Assembly (NCBI RefSeq): GCF_003334315.1
Contig: NZ_QOWR01000016.1
Direction: 5' to 3' (one strand)
DNA: 64,000 nt
From: Escherichia coli
Lineage (GTDB): Bacteria > Pseudomonadota > Gammaproteobacteria > Enterobacterales > Enterobacteriaceae
The notes under the pieces are model-generated. The model saw only the letters and a list, made by a program, of their open reading frames with translations, was not told the origin of the DNA and searched no databases. Of the stretch, positions 22,995 to 38,312 are shown piece by piece (the stretch's first letter is position 1; each line of letters starts with the position of its first letter). A program made the position numbers and the translations under genes.

Positions 22995-23981
22995 TTACAC
23001 TACGCCTGCACGCAGTAAATCATGCATATGTAACACACCGAGTAAATGGTCGCCATCGGCAACCATCACGGAGGTGATATGGCGGGACTGCATTAAGTTC
23101 AGTGCCTCAACGGCCAGAATGCCAGGGCGCACACGTATTCCCCCCGGCGTCATCACATCGGCAATACTTAACTGACGAACATCCACGCCCATATCGAAGA
23201 CACGGCGTAAATCACCGTCGGTAAAGATGCCTTCAATCATCATATTGTCATCGCAAATGACAGTCATACCAAGATTTTTGCGGGTAACTTCCAGCAACGC
23301 GTCACGCAGACTGGCCGTTTTCTTAACATGCGGGATCTCATCGCCCGTATGCATAATATCGTTTACGCGCAGCAGAAGTTTACGACCCAGTGCGCCGCCT
23401 GGGTGTGAGAGCGCAAAATCTTCAGCAGTAAAGCCGCGTGCTTTTAACAGCGCGACAGCGAGGGCATCGCCCATAACCAGCGTGGCGGTGGTGCTGCTGG
23501 TCGGTGCCAGCCCTAACGGACAGGCTTCTTTCGCTACTTTAACACACAGATGCACATCTGCGGCGCGCGCCATGCTGCTCTCCGGGCGACCGGTGATGCA
23601 GATTAACGGTACGTGAAGACGCTTAAGCACTGGAATTAAGGCCGTGATTTCGCTGGATTCACCAGAGTTAGAGATAGCAATCACCACATCCTGTGGGGTA
23701 ACCATGCCTAAATCACCATGCGCGGCTTCACCAGGATGGACGAAAAATGAAGGTGTACCGGTGCTGGCAAACGTTGCCGCCATTTTTCGCCCAATATGCC
23801 CCGATTTTCCCATCCCCATGACGACAACTTTCCCTTTACACCAGAACATCTTTTCACAGGCAAGCGTGAAATTCTGATTGATGTATTGATCAAGCTCCGC
23901 CAGGCATTCACGTTCAATCGCCAGGACTTCTTTACCTGCTTGCTGAAAGTCAAAACCCGGTTGTAACTCTACGTGCGACAT
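22995..23981 (-). CDS. kdsD: D-arabinose 5-phosphate isomerase (SIS plus tandem CBS domains)
   Basis: Track ORF to TTG 24002; ATG 23981 (MSHVELQPGFDFQQAG..., 328 aa) preferred. Confidence 0.92.
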   Translation of the reverse strand: MSHVELQPGFDFQQAGKEVLAIERECLAELDQYINQNFTLACEKMFWCKGKVVVMGMGKSGHIGRKMAATFASTGTPSFFVHPGEAAHGDLGMVTPQDVVIAISNSGESSEITALIPVLKRLHVPLICITGRPESSMARAADVHLCVKVAKEACPLGLAPTSSTTATLVMGDALAVALLKARGFTAEDFALSHPGGALGRKLLLRVNDIMHTGDEIPHVKKTASLRDALLEVTRKNLGMTVICDDNMMIEGIFTDGDLRRVFDMGVDVRQLSIADVMTPGGIRVRPGILAVEALNLMQSRHITSVMVADGDHLLGVLHMHDLLRAGVV

Positions 23982-23994
23982 AATGCGTTTCCAG

Positions 23995-24972
23995 TTATTC
24001 AACGAGTATTGGCGATAACCAGTACAACATCGCCAGCCATACGATAAATCCGCCAGTTAATAATACCCCTACACCACGGCCCGGTTGCGGGGAGCGCCGC
24101 CAGCACAGCAACGCAAAAATAATGCTCACCAGCAACATCACGCTGTAGTCACGACTGTACGCCAGTGGATCAATCTCTCCTGGCGTTATCAGCGCGGGTA
24201 AACCCAACACGATGACAATATTAAAAATGTTTGCGCCAATGATATTTCCGACAGCAATGTCGTTTTCACCTTTGCGAACCCCCGCTATTGCGGTTGCCAG
24301 TTCCGGCAGGCTGGTTCCGATAGCAATTGCCGTCAGACCCATCGTCAACTCGCTGATGGCAAAGTAATTCGCCAGCACCGTGGCGTTATCAACCACCATC
24401 CGCGTGGCCACTGGCATGATGATAAGCGCAATGCCGAGCCATAAAAACGTGACGGGCAATCCGCCGTCACGCGGCAGCTCTGCAAGCTGCTCTCTGGTCA
24501 GGCTGTCAGTCCCCTGACGTTCAGCCTGACGTGCAAGTTTAACAATGAACAGCAGCCATAGCACAGCCAGAAAGAGGAGAAAGATACCATCGCTGCGACT
24601 AAGTTGTCCGTCATAGAGTACGGAACCGGCCACCACGCTGACCAACAACATTAAGGGTAATTCACGGCGTAGAACATCAGAATGGACGGTAAAAGGACGA
24701 ACCAGCGCAGCCAGACCGAGGATCAGCAATATATTGATAATGTTTGAGCCGAGGGCTGTACCAACGGCTAAATCGCGTTGTTCGTGCAGAGACGCGGCAA
24801 GCGAGACGATGACTTCTGGTAACGATGTACCAATACTGACCACCGTCATGCCGATGATCAGCGGCGGGATGCCAAAGGTTCGGCAAAGAATAGACGCGGC
24901 AAAAACCAGGCGGTCGGCACTGTAAACGACCAAAAGTAAACCAACAATTAACAGTGCCGTAGCTAAAAGCAT
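23995..24972 (-). CDS. yrbG: CaCA-family cation antiporter (inner membrane)
   Basis: 325-aa polytopic ORF with duplicated GTSLPE alpha-repeat motifs; AAAGGA SD 7 nt upstream. Confidence 0.93.
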   Translation of the reverse strand: MLLATALLIVGLLLVVYSADRLVFAASILCRTFGIPPLIIGMTVVSIGTSLPEVIVSLAASLHEQRDLAVGTALGSNIINILLILGLAALVRPFTVHSDVLRRELPLMLLVSVVAGSVLYDGQLSRSDGIFLLFLAVLWLLFIVKLARQAERQGTDSLTREQLAELPRDGGLPVTFLWLGIALIIMPVATRMVVDNATVLANYFAISELTMGLTAIAIGTSLPELATAIAGVRKGENDIAVGNIIGANIFNIVIVLGLPALITPGEIDPLAYSRDYSVMLLVSIIFALLCWRRSPQPGRGVGVLLTGGFIVWLAMLYWLSPILVE

Positions 24973-25181
24973 CTAACGTCCTTTCTTCAGGTATACTCGC
25001 CGGTCCGCTGAAGATTTTCAGAAAGCCGTAACGGATGCTTAATTTTGACTTTATGCGGCTAAAAAGTAAAACAAATGCCAGCTTTCGCTAACCACGGCGG
25101 GTAATATTCTGTAAATATGTTGGGTTCAAGGTTAAATTGAGCGCCATGCTTAGAAAATCAACGCAAGACGAAGGGTGAATT

Positions 25182-26781
<1,600 letters not shown>

Positions 26782-26785
26782 GTTC

Positions 26786-27337
26786 ATGCAAACGAAAAAA
26801 AATGAAATTTGGGTGGGTATCTTTTTATTAGCAGCACTGCTGGCGGCGCTGTTTGTTTGCCTGAAGGCGGCGAACGTGACGTCCATACGTACTGAACCGA
26901 CCTACACGCTTTATGCGACGTTCGATAACATTGGCGGCCTGAAAGCGCGCTCTCCGGTCAGTATTGGTGGCGTTGTTGTGGGTCGGGTGGCGGATATTAC
27001 GCTGGACCCGAAAACCTATCTGCCGCGCGTAACGCTGGAAATTGAACAACGTTATAACCACATTCCAGATACCAGTTCGCTGAGCATTCGTACTTCCGGC
27101 CTGCTGGGGGAACAATATCTGGCATTAAACGTCGGTTTTGAAGACCCGGAACTGGGGACTGCTATCCTGAAGGATGGCGATACAATTCAGGACACTAAGT
27201 CTGCGATGGTGCTGGAAGATCTCATTGGTCAGTTCCTTTACGGTAGTAAAGGCGATGACAATAAGAATAGTGGCGATGCGCCAGCTGCTGCGCCAGGTAA
27301 TAATGAAACCACTGAACCTGTGGGTACAACGAAATAA
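26786..27337 (+). CDS. mlaD: MCE-domain protein MlaD
   Basis: Track ORF from TTG 26771; ATG 26786 (MQTKKNEIWVGIFLLAALLAALFV..., 183 aa) preferred; N-terminal TM anchor. Confidence 0.9.
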   Translation: MQTKKNEIWVGIFLLAALLAALFVCLKAANVTSIRTEPTYTLYATFDNIGGLKARSPVSIGGVVVGRVADITLDPKTYLPRVTLEIEQRYNHIPDTSSLSIRTSGLLGEQYLALNVGFEDPELGTAILKDGDTIQDTKSAMVLEDLIGQFLYGSKGDDNKNSGDAPAAAPGNNETTEPVGTTK

Positions 27338-27990
<653 letters not shown>

Positions 27991-27991
<1 letters not shown>

Positions 27992-28284
27992 TGAGCGAGT
28001 CACTGAGCTGGATGCAGACGGGTGACACGCTGGCGTTATCCGGAGAGCTGGATCAGGACGTTTTGCTACCGCTTTGGGAAATGCGTGAGGAAGCGGTGAA
28101 GGGGATTACCTGCATCGATCTTAGCCGTGTCTCCCGCGTGGATACGGGGGGACTGGCACTGCTGCTCCATCTTATCGATCTGGCGAAAAAGCAGGGCAAC
28201 AATGTGACGCTTCAGGGGGTAAACGACAAAGTGTATACCCTGGCGAAATTGTATAATTTGCCTGCTGATGTTCTGCCTCGTTAA
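27991..28284 (+). CDS. mlaB: STAS-domain protein MlaB
   Basis: Track ORF 27895..28284 overlaps mlaC; ATG 27991 overlapping mlaC stop (TAATG) gives 97-aa MSESLSWMQTGDTLAL... Confidence 0.88.
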
Positions 28285-28443
28285 ATTTTTTCAGGCCGGA
28301 TATGGCGTTAACCGCCTGTCCGGCAAACCTGCCTGCAAGTCGAGCCTTGTCTGATTTATCAGCGAGGCTTTTTGCTTATTTATGCCAGCGCAACTTTGCT
28401 CTAAGATGTTTCGCTGGTTTATTAACTGATGATTGAAGATCCC

Positions 28444-28698
28444 ATGGAAAATAATGAAATTCAGAGCGTGTTGATGAACGCTCTCTCCCTCCAGGAAGTC
28501 CACGTTTCCGGCGATGGCAGCCACTTTCAGGTTATTGCCGTGGGTGAGTTGTTTGACGGCATGAGTCGGGTTAAAAAACAGCAGACGGTCTATGGTCCGC
28601 TGATGGAATATATTGCGGATAACCGCATTCATGCTGTGTCGATCAAAGCGTATACCCCTGCGGAGTGGGCGCGCGATCGCAAACTGAACGGCTTTTGA
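28444..28698 (+). CDS. ibaG: BolA-family acid-stress protein IbaG
   Basis: Track ORF from 28429; ATG 28444 gives 84-aa [28 protein letters not shown]... Confidence 0.85.
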
Positions 28699-28752
28699 GC
28701 TATGGGCGATTCGCCGGTAGCGGATATGAATTGTTAACTGAGAACAAACTAA

Positions 28753-30012
<1,260 letters not shown>

Positions 30013-30028
30013 TCGTCTGAAAGCTGGC

Positions 30029-30046
30029 AGCCCCGTACGCGGGGCT
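30029..30046. terminator. GC hairpin between convergent murA and sfsB (possible shared terminator)
   Basis: agccccg tacg cggggct 7-bp stem; nearest T-run on plus strand is about 13 nt further, so not canonical. Confidence 0.3.
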
Positions 30047-30059
30047 ACCGCCAGACCAC

Positions 30060-30338
30060 TCATTTTTTCGGTTTAGTGTAGCTACGCATCAACTGCGTTC
30101 TGTCGATAAACTCATGGGTCTGCGGATCATGGTAGCGTGATGGCCAGATAACCCAGGGGTCAGTTCCCAGGGCCTTCGCAATAATCATCTCTCCTTTCGG
30201 CCATGGGCGCGATAATGCATTCGCCAGCGTTGAGGAACTCAAACCATTTCTGCGAGATTCCGCCGCCATTGACGTTCCCTTCTTGCGCAAACCCGCAATG
30301 ATGTCAGCGGGATGCCAGTCAATGAAATTACTTTCCAT
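30060..30338 (-). CDS. sfsB: Ner-like DNA-binding regulator SfsB (Nlp)
   Basis: 92-aa ORF; HTH-like segment GLSSSTLANALSRPWPKGE. Confidence 0.9.
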   Translation of the reverse strand: MESNFIDWHPADIIAGLRKKGTSMAAESRRNGLSSSTLANALSRPWPKGEMIIAKALGTDPWVIWPSRYHDPQTHEFIDRTQLMRSYTKPKK

Positions 30339-30566
30339 CTTTCCTCACTCCTTAAGTTAGTCGCTTTCATTCAGAACACTTCTTCTGTCGAGCATCACTA
30401 TACTCCTGATGGCCGATTGCTCTAAAAAGTTCCTGTAAAGAGTGTGAATATTCAGAATATATAAAGATGTATACACTGGTTTTTCAGTGCATTATTACGC
30501 TGAATAAGTATTCTTATGGAGTTTACTGGAATCATCCCGCGCACTGCGCGGGATGAGGGGAGGGGA

Positions 30567-31538
30567 TTAACGATCGCGTTGAACAGCGATGTGCGCGAGG
30601 CCGATGAGTGCTTCTCGCCAAGGGGTGTCCGGGAGCACCTGTAACGCTGCGATGGCTTTGTCTGCTTCTTCCTCGGCGCGCTGACGCGTCCATTCAAGAG
30701 ATCCACAAGCGTTCATTGCTTCCAGAACCGGTTCCAGAAGATGGCGACCGTTACCCTGTTCGATGGCGGTACGGATCATCTGTGCCTGTTCTGGTGTGCC
30801 ATGATGCATCGCATGCAGCAGCGGCAGCGTCGGTTTACCTTCGTTCAGATCGTCGCCGACGTTTTTACCTAACTGTTCGCCATCGGCATTGTAATCGAGT
30901 AAATCGTCGATCAACTGGAAAGCAGTGCCGAGATAGCGCCCATAATCCTGCAGGCCTTTCTCCTCCTCCGGCGTACAGCCAGCCAGAATTCCGGAACACT
31001 GCGCGGCAGCCTCAAACAGACGCGCGGTTTTGCTATAGATAACGCGCATGTAGTTTTCTTCAGTGATGTCCGGATCGTTAACATTCATCAGTTGCAGAAC
31101 TTCACCTTCTGCGATGACGTTTACGGCTTCTGACATGACTTCCAGCACTTTGAGTGAACCGAGGCTGGTCATCATCTGGAAAGCGCGGGTATAAATAAAA
31201 TCGCCTACCAGCACGCTGGCGGCATTGCCAAATGCGGCGTTGGCGGTAGCTTTACCCCTGCGCATATCTGATTCATCCACAACGTCGTCGTGCAGCAGAG
31301 TCGCCGTGTGGATAAACTCGATCAGGGCAGCAATGGTGACATGCGCATTTCCCTCATAGCCAACAGCTCGTGCAGCCAGTACAGCAATCATCGGACGAAT
31401 ACGTTTACCGCCGCCGCTGACGATGTAATAGCCTAACTGATTGATCAGTTGGACGTCGGAATTAAGCTGCTCAAGGATTGCCGCATTAACACCCGCCATA
31501 TCTTGCGCGGTTAACTCATTGATTTTTTCTAAATTCAT
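30567..31538 (-). CDS. ispB: octaprenyl diphosphate synthase
   Basis: 323-aa ORF; two Asp-rich prenyltransferase motifs (LLHDDVVD and IDDLLD). Confidence 0.95.
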   Translation of the reverse strand: MNLEKINELTAQDMAGVNAAILEQLNSDVQLINQLGYYIVSGGGKRIRPMIAVLAARAVGYEGNAHVTIAALIEFIHTATLLHDDVVDESDMRRGKATANAAFGNAASVLVGDFIYTRAFQMMTSLGSLKVLEVMSEAVNVIAEGEVLQLMNVNDPDITEENYMRVIYSKTARLFEAAAQCSGILAGCTPEEEKGLQDYGRYLGTAFQLIDDLLDYNADGEQLGKNVGDDLNEGKPTLPLLHAMHHGTPEQAQMIRTAIEQGNGRHLLEPVLEAMNACGSLEWTRQRAEEEADKAIAALQVLPDTPWREALIGLAHIAVQRDR

Positions 31539-31695
31539 CGCAAAAGCCGGGCTTTTCGCCCCGATTACCTTACTGTGAACAAAGGCAACTTAGGGTTTAT
31601 GGTTAGGAATATAGGGTGATTGTACTGAAAAAATGGCACAGATAAACGTTACCGTACAAGTTGTGTTTTTTTTCTTCGTGTATTGACTGTAGCAC

Positions 31696-31724
31696 TTGTC
31701 AAAGGCGTGCGTTTTGCGTAATAT
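31696..31724 (+). promoter_or_regulatory. candidate sigma70 promoter of rplU-rpmA (-35 TTGTCA, 17-bp spacer, -10 TAATAT, GC-rich discriminator)
   Basis: TTGTCA 31696-31701, TAATAT 31719-31724 followed by tcgcgccc; T-rich tract upstream. Confidence 0.45.
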
Positions 31725-31760
31725 TCGCGCCCTATTGTGAATATTTATAGCGCACTCTGA

Positions 31761-32386
<626 letters not shown>

Positions 32387-32411
32387 GTTTTTCGCGTCCC
32401 GGTAACGGATG

Positions 32412-32441
32412 AAAGCCCCGCAACACGTTGCGGGGCTTTTT
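32412..32441 (+). terminator. intrinsic terminator after rpmA
   Basis: agccccgcaac / gttgcggggct 11-bp stem followed by ttttt. Confidence 0.7.
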
Positions 32442-32512
32442 ACATTCGATAACCGGTAAAAATGCGCATGGTGCGACGTTAATCCGCAAATGCGCTTTGC
32501 AGGGAATACGGT

Positions 32513-33478
32513 ATGAAGCAGCAGGCAGGCATTGGCATTCTTTTGGCGCTCACCACAGCAATTTGCTGGGGGGCGTTGCCAATCGCAATGAAGCAGGTGC
32601 TGGAGGTGATGGAACCTCCGACAATCGTGTTTTACCGTTTCTTGATGGCGAGTATTGGCCTGGGTGCCATTCTTGCGGTGAAGAAGAGGTTGCCGCCATT
32701 ACGCGTGTTTCGTAAGCCACGCTGGTTGATTTTGTTGGCAGTGGCGACCGCCGGGCTGTTTGGGAACTTCATCCTGTTCAGCTCATCCTTGCAATACCTG
32801 AGTCCGACCGCTTCGCAGGTGATTGGGCAACTCTCGCCAGTTGGCATGATGGTTGCCAGCGTATTTATCCTGAAAGAGAAAATGCGCAGCACTCAGGTTG
32901 TAGGGGCATTGATGCTCCTGAGCGGCCTGGTGATGTTTTTTAACACCAGTCTGGTCGAGATATTTACAAAGCTCACCGATTACACCTGGGGAGTTATCTT
33001 TGGGGTCGGTGCTGCGACGGTTTGGGTGAGTTATGGCGTGGCGCAAAAGGTTTTATTGCGTCGGCTGGCCTCACCGCAGATCCTGTTTTTACTGTACACT
33101 TTATGTACAATTGCGCTCTTCCCTCTGGCAAAGCCTGGAGTGATAGCGCAGCTTAGCCACTGGCAGCTCGCATGTTTAATTTTTTGCGGACTGAATACAT
33201 TGGTAGGATATGGCGCCCTGGCGGAAGCGATGGCTCGCTGGCAGGCAGCGCAGGTGAGCGCGATCATCACGCTCACCCCACTGTTTACGCTGTTTTTTTC
33301 AGATCTTTTATCACTGGCCTGGCCCGATTTCTTCGCCAGACCGATGTTAAACCTTTTAGGTTATCTCGGTGCGTTTGTCGTGGTTGCGGGCGCGATGTAT
33401 TCCGCCATTGGTCATCGTATTTGGGGCGGATTACGTAAGCATACAACGGTGGTATCGCAACCCCGCGCAGGCGAATGA
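32513..33478 (+). CDS. yhbE: EamA-family (DMT) inner-membrane transporter
   Basis: 321-aa polytopic membrane ORF. Confidence 0.92.
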   Translation: MKQQAGIGILLALTTAICWGALPIAMKQVLEVMEPPTIVFYRFLMASIGLGAILAVKKRLPPLRVFRKPRWLILLAVATAGLFGNFILFSSSLQYLSPTASQVIGQLSPVGMMVASVFILKEKMRSTQVVGALMLLSGLVMFFNTSLVEIFTKLTDYTWGVIFGVGAATVWVSYGVAQKVLLRRLASPQILFLLYTLCTIALFPLAKPGVIAQLSHWQLACLIFCGLNTLVGYGALAEAMARWQAAQVSAIITLTPLFTLFFSDLLSLAWPDFFARPMLNLLGYLGAFVVVAGAMYSAIGHRIWGGLRKHTTVVSQPRAGE

Positions 33479-34666
<1,188 letters not shown>

Positions 34667-34690
34667 TCACTGATGATAAACGCCAAATCA

Positions 34691-34789
<99 letters not shown>

Positions 34790-34817
34790 TAAACAAAGCG
34801 CACTTTGTCAATAATCT

Positions 34818-34849
34818 GAAGCCCCGGCCATGTGCCGGGGTTTCTTTTT
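34818..34849 (+). terminator. intrinsic terminator (obgE direction; may act for dacB too)
   Basis: ccccggc catgt gccgggg stem followed by tttcttttt; ends 3 nt before dacB stop. Confidence 0.6.
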
Positions 34850-34851
34850 GA

Positions 34852-36285
34852 CTAATTGTTCTGATAAATATCTTTATACAAACGGCTTTCAAAACGCACT
34901 AACGGAATACGGCGATTACGCTGATCCGCAGGTTCTACTGCATAGCCAGAAAGATATTGCACAAACGCCATTCGTTGCCCGCTCGCTGTGGTAATGAATC
35001 CCGCCAGGTTATATACCCCCTGCAACGAACCGGTTTTCGCTGAGACTTTTCCATCCACGCCCGCCTGATGCAGACCTGCACGGTACTGCAAAGAGCCGTC
35101 ATAGCCCGCCAGCGGCAGCATGGAGATAAAGTTAAGTTCATTGTCGTGTTGGGCAATGTATTGCAGCACCTGCATCATGGTGGCGGGGGCAATCAGGTTA
35201 TGCCGCGAAAGCCCTGAACCATCGGCAATAATGGTGTTTCCAATATCGACACCGGCTTGCTGGCGCAGGATCTGACGCACGGCGTCCGACCCGGCCCGCC
35301 ATGTTCCAGGCACATTGAAGCGCGCATGGCCTATCATGCGGAAAACCGTATCGGCGATCATGTTGTCCGACTTTTTCAGCATAATCTTAAGCAGATCGTG
35401 CAGCGGGGCCGACTGTTTACTGGCAACTACCGTTCCAGGTTCGTTAACCTGAGTCTGGCGCAGCAGTGTTCCGCTCCAGGTGATACCCGCCTGTTTTAAC
35501 TCATCTTTCAGAATTGCACCGGCATAGCTGGCTCCATCCTGCACGGCAAAAGCCAACGGGAGCGGCTCAGAACGTTGTGGCAGGCATCCCGTCAGCGTAA
35601 AGCGGTTCAGGTCGCCTGGCACCACATCCAGTTCGCAGTATTGCGCTTCGGCAGAACCACGGGGGAGGGTGCGTACCTGGCTGAACATCGTAACGGGGTA
35701 ATAAGATGCCACGCGTATAAAAGCCATATCACCAGGCTTTGGGGCACTGTAGAGCGAGACGGAGAAACAGTTGCGGTCAACTATGGCGGCGGCAGGCGGA
35801 GCGCTAAAGCATTGTGTCATGTCATTCCATGGCCAGCCGGGGGCTTTATCGTGGCTGGCGAAAATGGAGGTATCTATCAACACATTGCCATCGATTTGGT
35901 TGACGCCAGATTTTTTCAAAGTCGCGACCATATTGCGAATTTCCTGACGTTTTAACGTCGGATCGGCACCAAATCGCGCCACTAAGTCACCCTTAAGTAC
36001 GCCGTTTTCCACATTGCCTTTGGTTTCAAGCGTCGTGGTAAAACGAAAATCGGGGCCGAGTTGAATCAACGCCGCCAGCGCAGTAATCACTTTCTGGGTA
36101 CTGGCAGGCAGCGCCATCTGCTGACTGTGGTAATCAATAGCGGGGGCCGACGCGCCGACTTTTTGCACCATCAGGGCAAGGTTGGCACCAGCGGGGAGTT
36201 GAGTAATGTACTCATCAACATTTGCGGCCTGAACACTGAACGCTATACAGCTGGTCAATCCGATGATAAATCTGGAAAATCGCAT
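34852..36285 (-). CDS. dacB: D-alanyl-D-alanine carboxypeptidase/endopeptidase PBP4
   Basis: 477-aa ORF; signal peptide; active-site motifs STQK, SDN, KTG. Confidence 0.97.
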   Translation of the reverse strand: MRFSRFIIGLTSCIAFSVQAANVDEYITQLPAGANLALMVQKVGASAPAIDYHSQQMALPASTQKVITALAALIQLGPDFRFTTTLETKGNVENGVLKGDLVARFGADPTLKRQEIRNMVATLKKSGVNQIDGNVLIDTSIFASHDKAPGWPWNDMTQCFSAPPAAAIVDRNCFSVSLYSAPKPGDMAFIRVASYYPVTMFSQVRTLPRGSAEAQYCELDVVPGDLNRFTLTGCLPQRSEPLPLAFAVQDGASYAGAILKDELKQAGITWSGTLLRQTQVNEPGTVVASKQSAPLHDLLKIMLKKSDNMIADTVFRMIGHARFNVPGTWRAGSDAVRQILRQQAGVDIGNTIIADGSGLSRHNLIAPATMMQVLQYIAQHDNELNFISMLPLAGYDGSLQYRAGLHQAGVDGKVSAKTGSLQGVYNLAGFITTASGQRMAFVQYLSGYAVEPADQRNRRIPLVRFESRLYKDIYQNN

Positions 36286-36361
36286 AATCTCGCGCTAACA
36301 ACCTGGAATCGAGCCGTCATACTACGGCGCAACGCCCTATAAAGTAAACGATGACCCTTCG

Positions 36362-36389
36362 GGAACTTCAGGGTAAAATGACTATCAAA
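36362..36389 (+). promoter_or_regulatory. sigmaE-type promoter upstream of greA (-35 GGAACTT, 16-bp spacer, -10 TCAAA)
   Basis: GGAACTT 36362-36368 and TCAAA 36385-36389 match sigma-E consensus GGAACTT-N16-TCAAA. Confidence 0.55.
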
Positions 36390-36404
36390 ATGTGAATTGT
36401 AGCT

Positions 36405-36438
36405 GACCTGGGACTTGTACCCGGGTCGGTATTTTTTT
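36405..36438 (+). terminator. greA leader terminator (3' end of short GraL-type leader transcript)
   Basis: 8-bp stem gacctggg / cccgggtc followed by ggtattttttt, about 15 nt downstream of the sigmaE -10 and 95 nt upstream of greA ATG. Confidence 0.45.
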
Positions 36439-36532
36439 GCTTCTGGTCCCGGTGAGGAGTTATGCCGGGCAGGCCGAACAGCCGGGGTGGGTGAAGACTT
36501 GCCCCATCAGGAATATTCAAGAGGTATAACAA

Positions 36533-37009
<477 letters not shown>

Positions 37010-37052
37010 GAATTACCCAATACTCAAGATGTTGATGTATTGTAAAGAAAGG

Positions 37053-37078
37053 AAAAAGGCCGCTATGCGGCCTTTTAT
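37053..37078. terminator. bidirectional intrinsic terminator between convergent greA and yhbY
   Basis: ggccgc tat gcggcc stem flanked by aaaaa upstream and tttt downstream. Confidence 0.7.
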
Positions 37079-37164
37079 CAACGAACAGAGCGTGGCATTT
37101 TGCTCTCCTGCCTGCGGAAAACCCCTCGTTTTACACAGCAAATGTGTGTAACTTTAGGATAATC

Positions 37165-37458
37165 TTAGCGTGGCAGCGAGATTTTACGTTCTTTAGTTGG
37201 GCGATAAAGCACCAGCGTTTTACCGATGACCTGTACATTACAGGCGCCGGTTTCGCGCACGATAGCTTCCACGATCAAGGTTTTAGTTTCGCGATCTTCG
37301 GTGGCGATTTTCACCTTGATGAGTTCATGGTGCTCTAACGCTTGTTCAATCTCGGCCAGCACCCCTTCGGTCAAACCATTACTGCCAAGCAGAACAACTG
37401 GCTTGAGCGGATGTGCCAGACCTTTCAGGTGCTGTTTTTGTTTAGTACTCAGATTCAT
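37165..37458 (-). CDS. yhbY: CRM-domain RNA-binding protein YhbY
   Basis: 97-aa ORF MNLSTKQKQHLKGLAHPLKPVVLLG... Confidence 0.93.
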   Translation of the reverse strand: MNLSTKQKQHLKGLAHPLKPVVLLGSNGLTEGVLAEIEQALEHHELIKVKIATEDRETKTLIVEAIVRETGACNVQVIGKTLVLYRPTKERKISLPR

Positions 37459-37481
37459 CGTATTTTTTGCTTACGTTGGGA

Positions 37482-37509
37482 TTGAAAACGGGTCATTCTA
37501 CCGCCATCT
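37482..37509 (+). promoter_or_regulatory. candidate sigma32 heat-shock promoter of rlmE-ftsH
   Basis: TTGAAA 37482-37487, 13-bp spacer, CCGCCATCT 37501-37509 (consensus TTGAAA-N13-15-CCCCATNT); alternative -10 CCCATAT at 37510-37516. Confidence 0.45.
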
Positions 37510-37583
37510 CCCATATATCACCAAATAGGCGCGTAAAAATTTACGCAATTGGTTACGATGAGTTATCCCCATGGGAAAGTTAA

Positions 37584-38213
37584 ATGACAGGTAAGAAGCG
37601 TTCTGCCAGCTCCAGCCGCTGGCTTCAGGAACACTTTAGCGATAAATATGTTCAACAGGCACAGAAAAAGGGGTTACGTTCCCGTGCCTGGTTTAAACTT
37701 GATGAAATACAGCAAAGTGACAAACTCTTTAAACCGGGAATGACGGTTGTCGACCTTGGTGCTGCTCCGGGTGGTTGGTCACAATATGTGGTCACCCAAA
37801 TTGGCGGCAAAGGCCGCATCATCGCTTGCGATCTTTTACCTATGGATCCTATCGTTGGTGTGGACTTTCTTCAGGGCGATTTTCGTGATGAACTGGTGAT
37901 GAAAGCACTGCTGGAGCGCGTTGGCGACAGCAAAGTCCAGGTTGTCATGTCCGATATGGCACCAAACATGAGCGGAACACCGGCGGTGGATATCCCCCGT
38001 GCCATGTATCTGGTGGAACTGGCGCTAGAAATGTGTCGTGATGTATTAGCGCCAGGTGGCAGTTTTGTAGTGAAGGTGTTCCAGGGCGAAGGTTTCGATG
38101 AGTATCTAAGGGAAATTCGCTCCCTGTTTACGAAGGTTAAAGTTCGTAAGCCGGACTCTTCTCGTGCACGTTCGCGGGAAGTGTATATTGTAGCGACCGG
38201 GCGTAAACCCTAA
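37584..38213 (+). CDS. rlmE: 23S rRNA (uridine2552-2'-O)-methyltransferase
   Basis: 209-aa ORF; SAM-binding motif [13 protein letters not shown]. Confidence 0.97.
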
Positions 38214-38312
38214 CCGGGAGATTTCAGACGAAAGTTTGAAAGATGCTGGATATAGAGTATCCTGACGCTGTTTTTAACACAGTTGTAATAAGAGGTTAAT
38301 CCCTTGAGTGAC

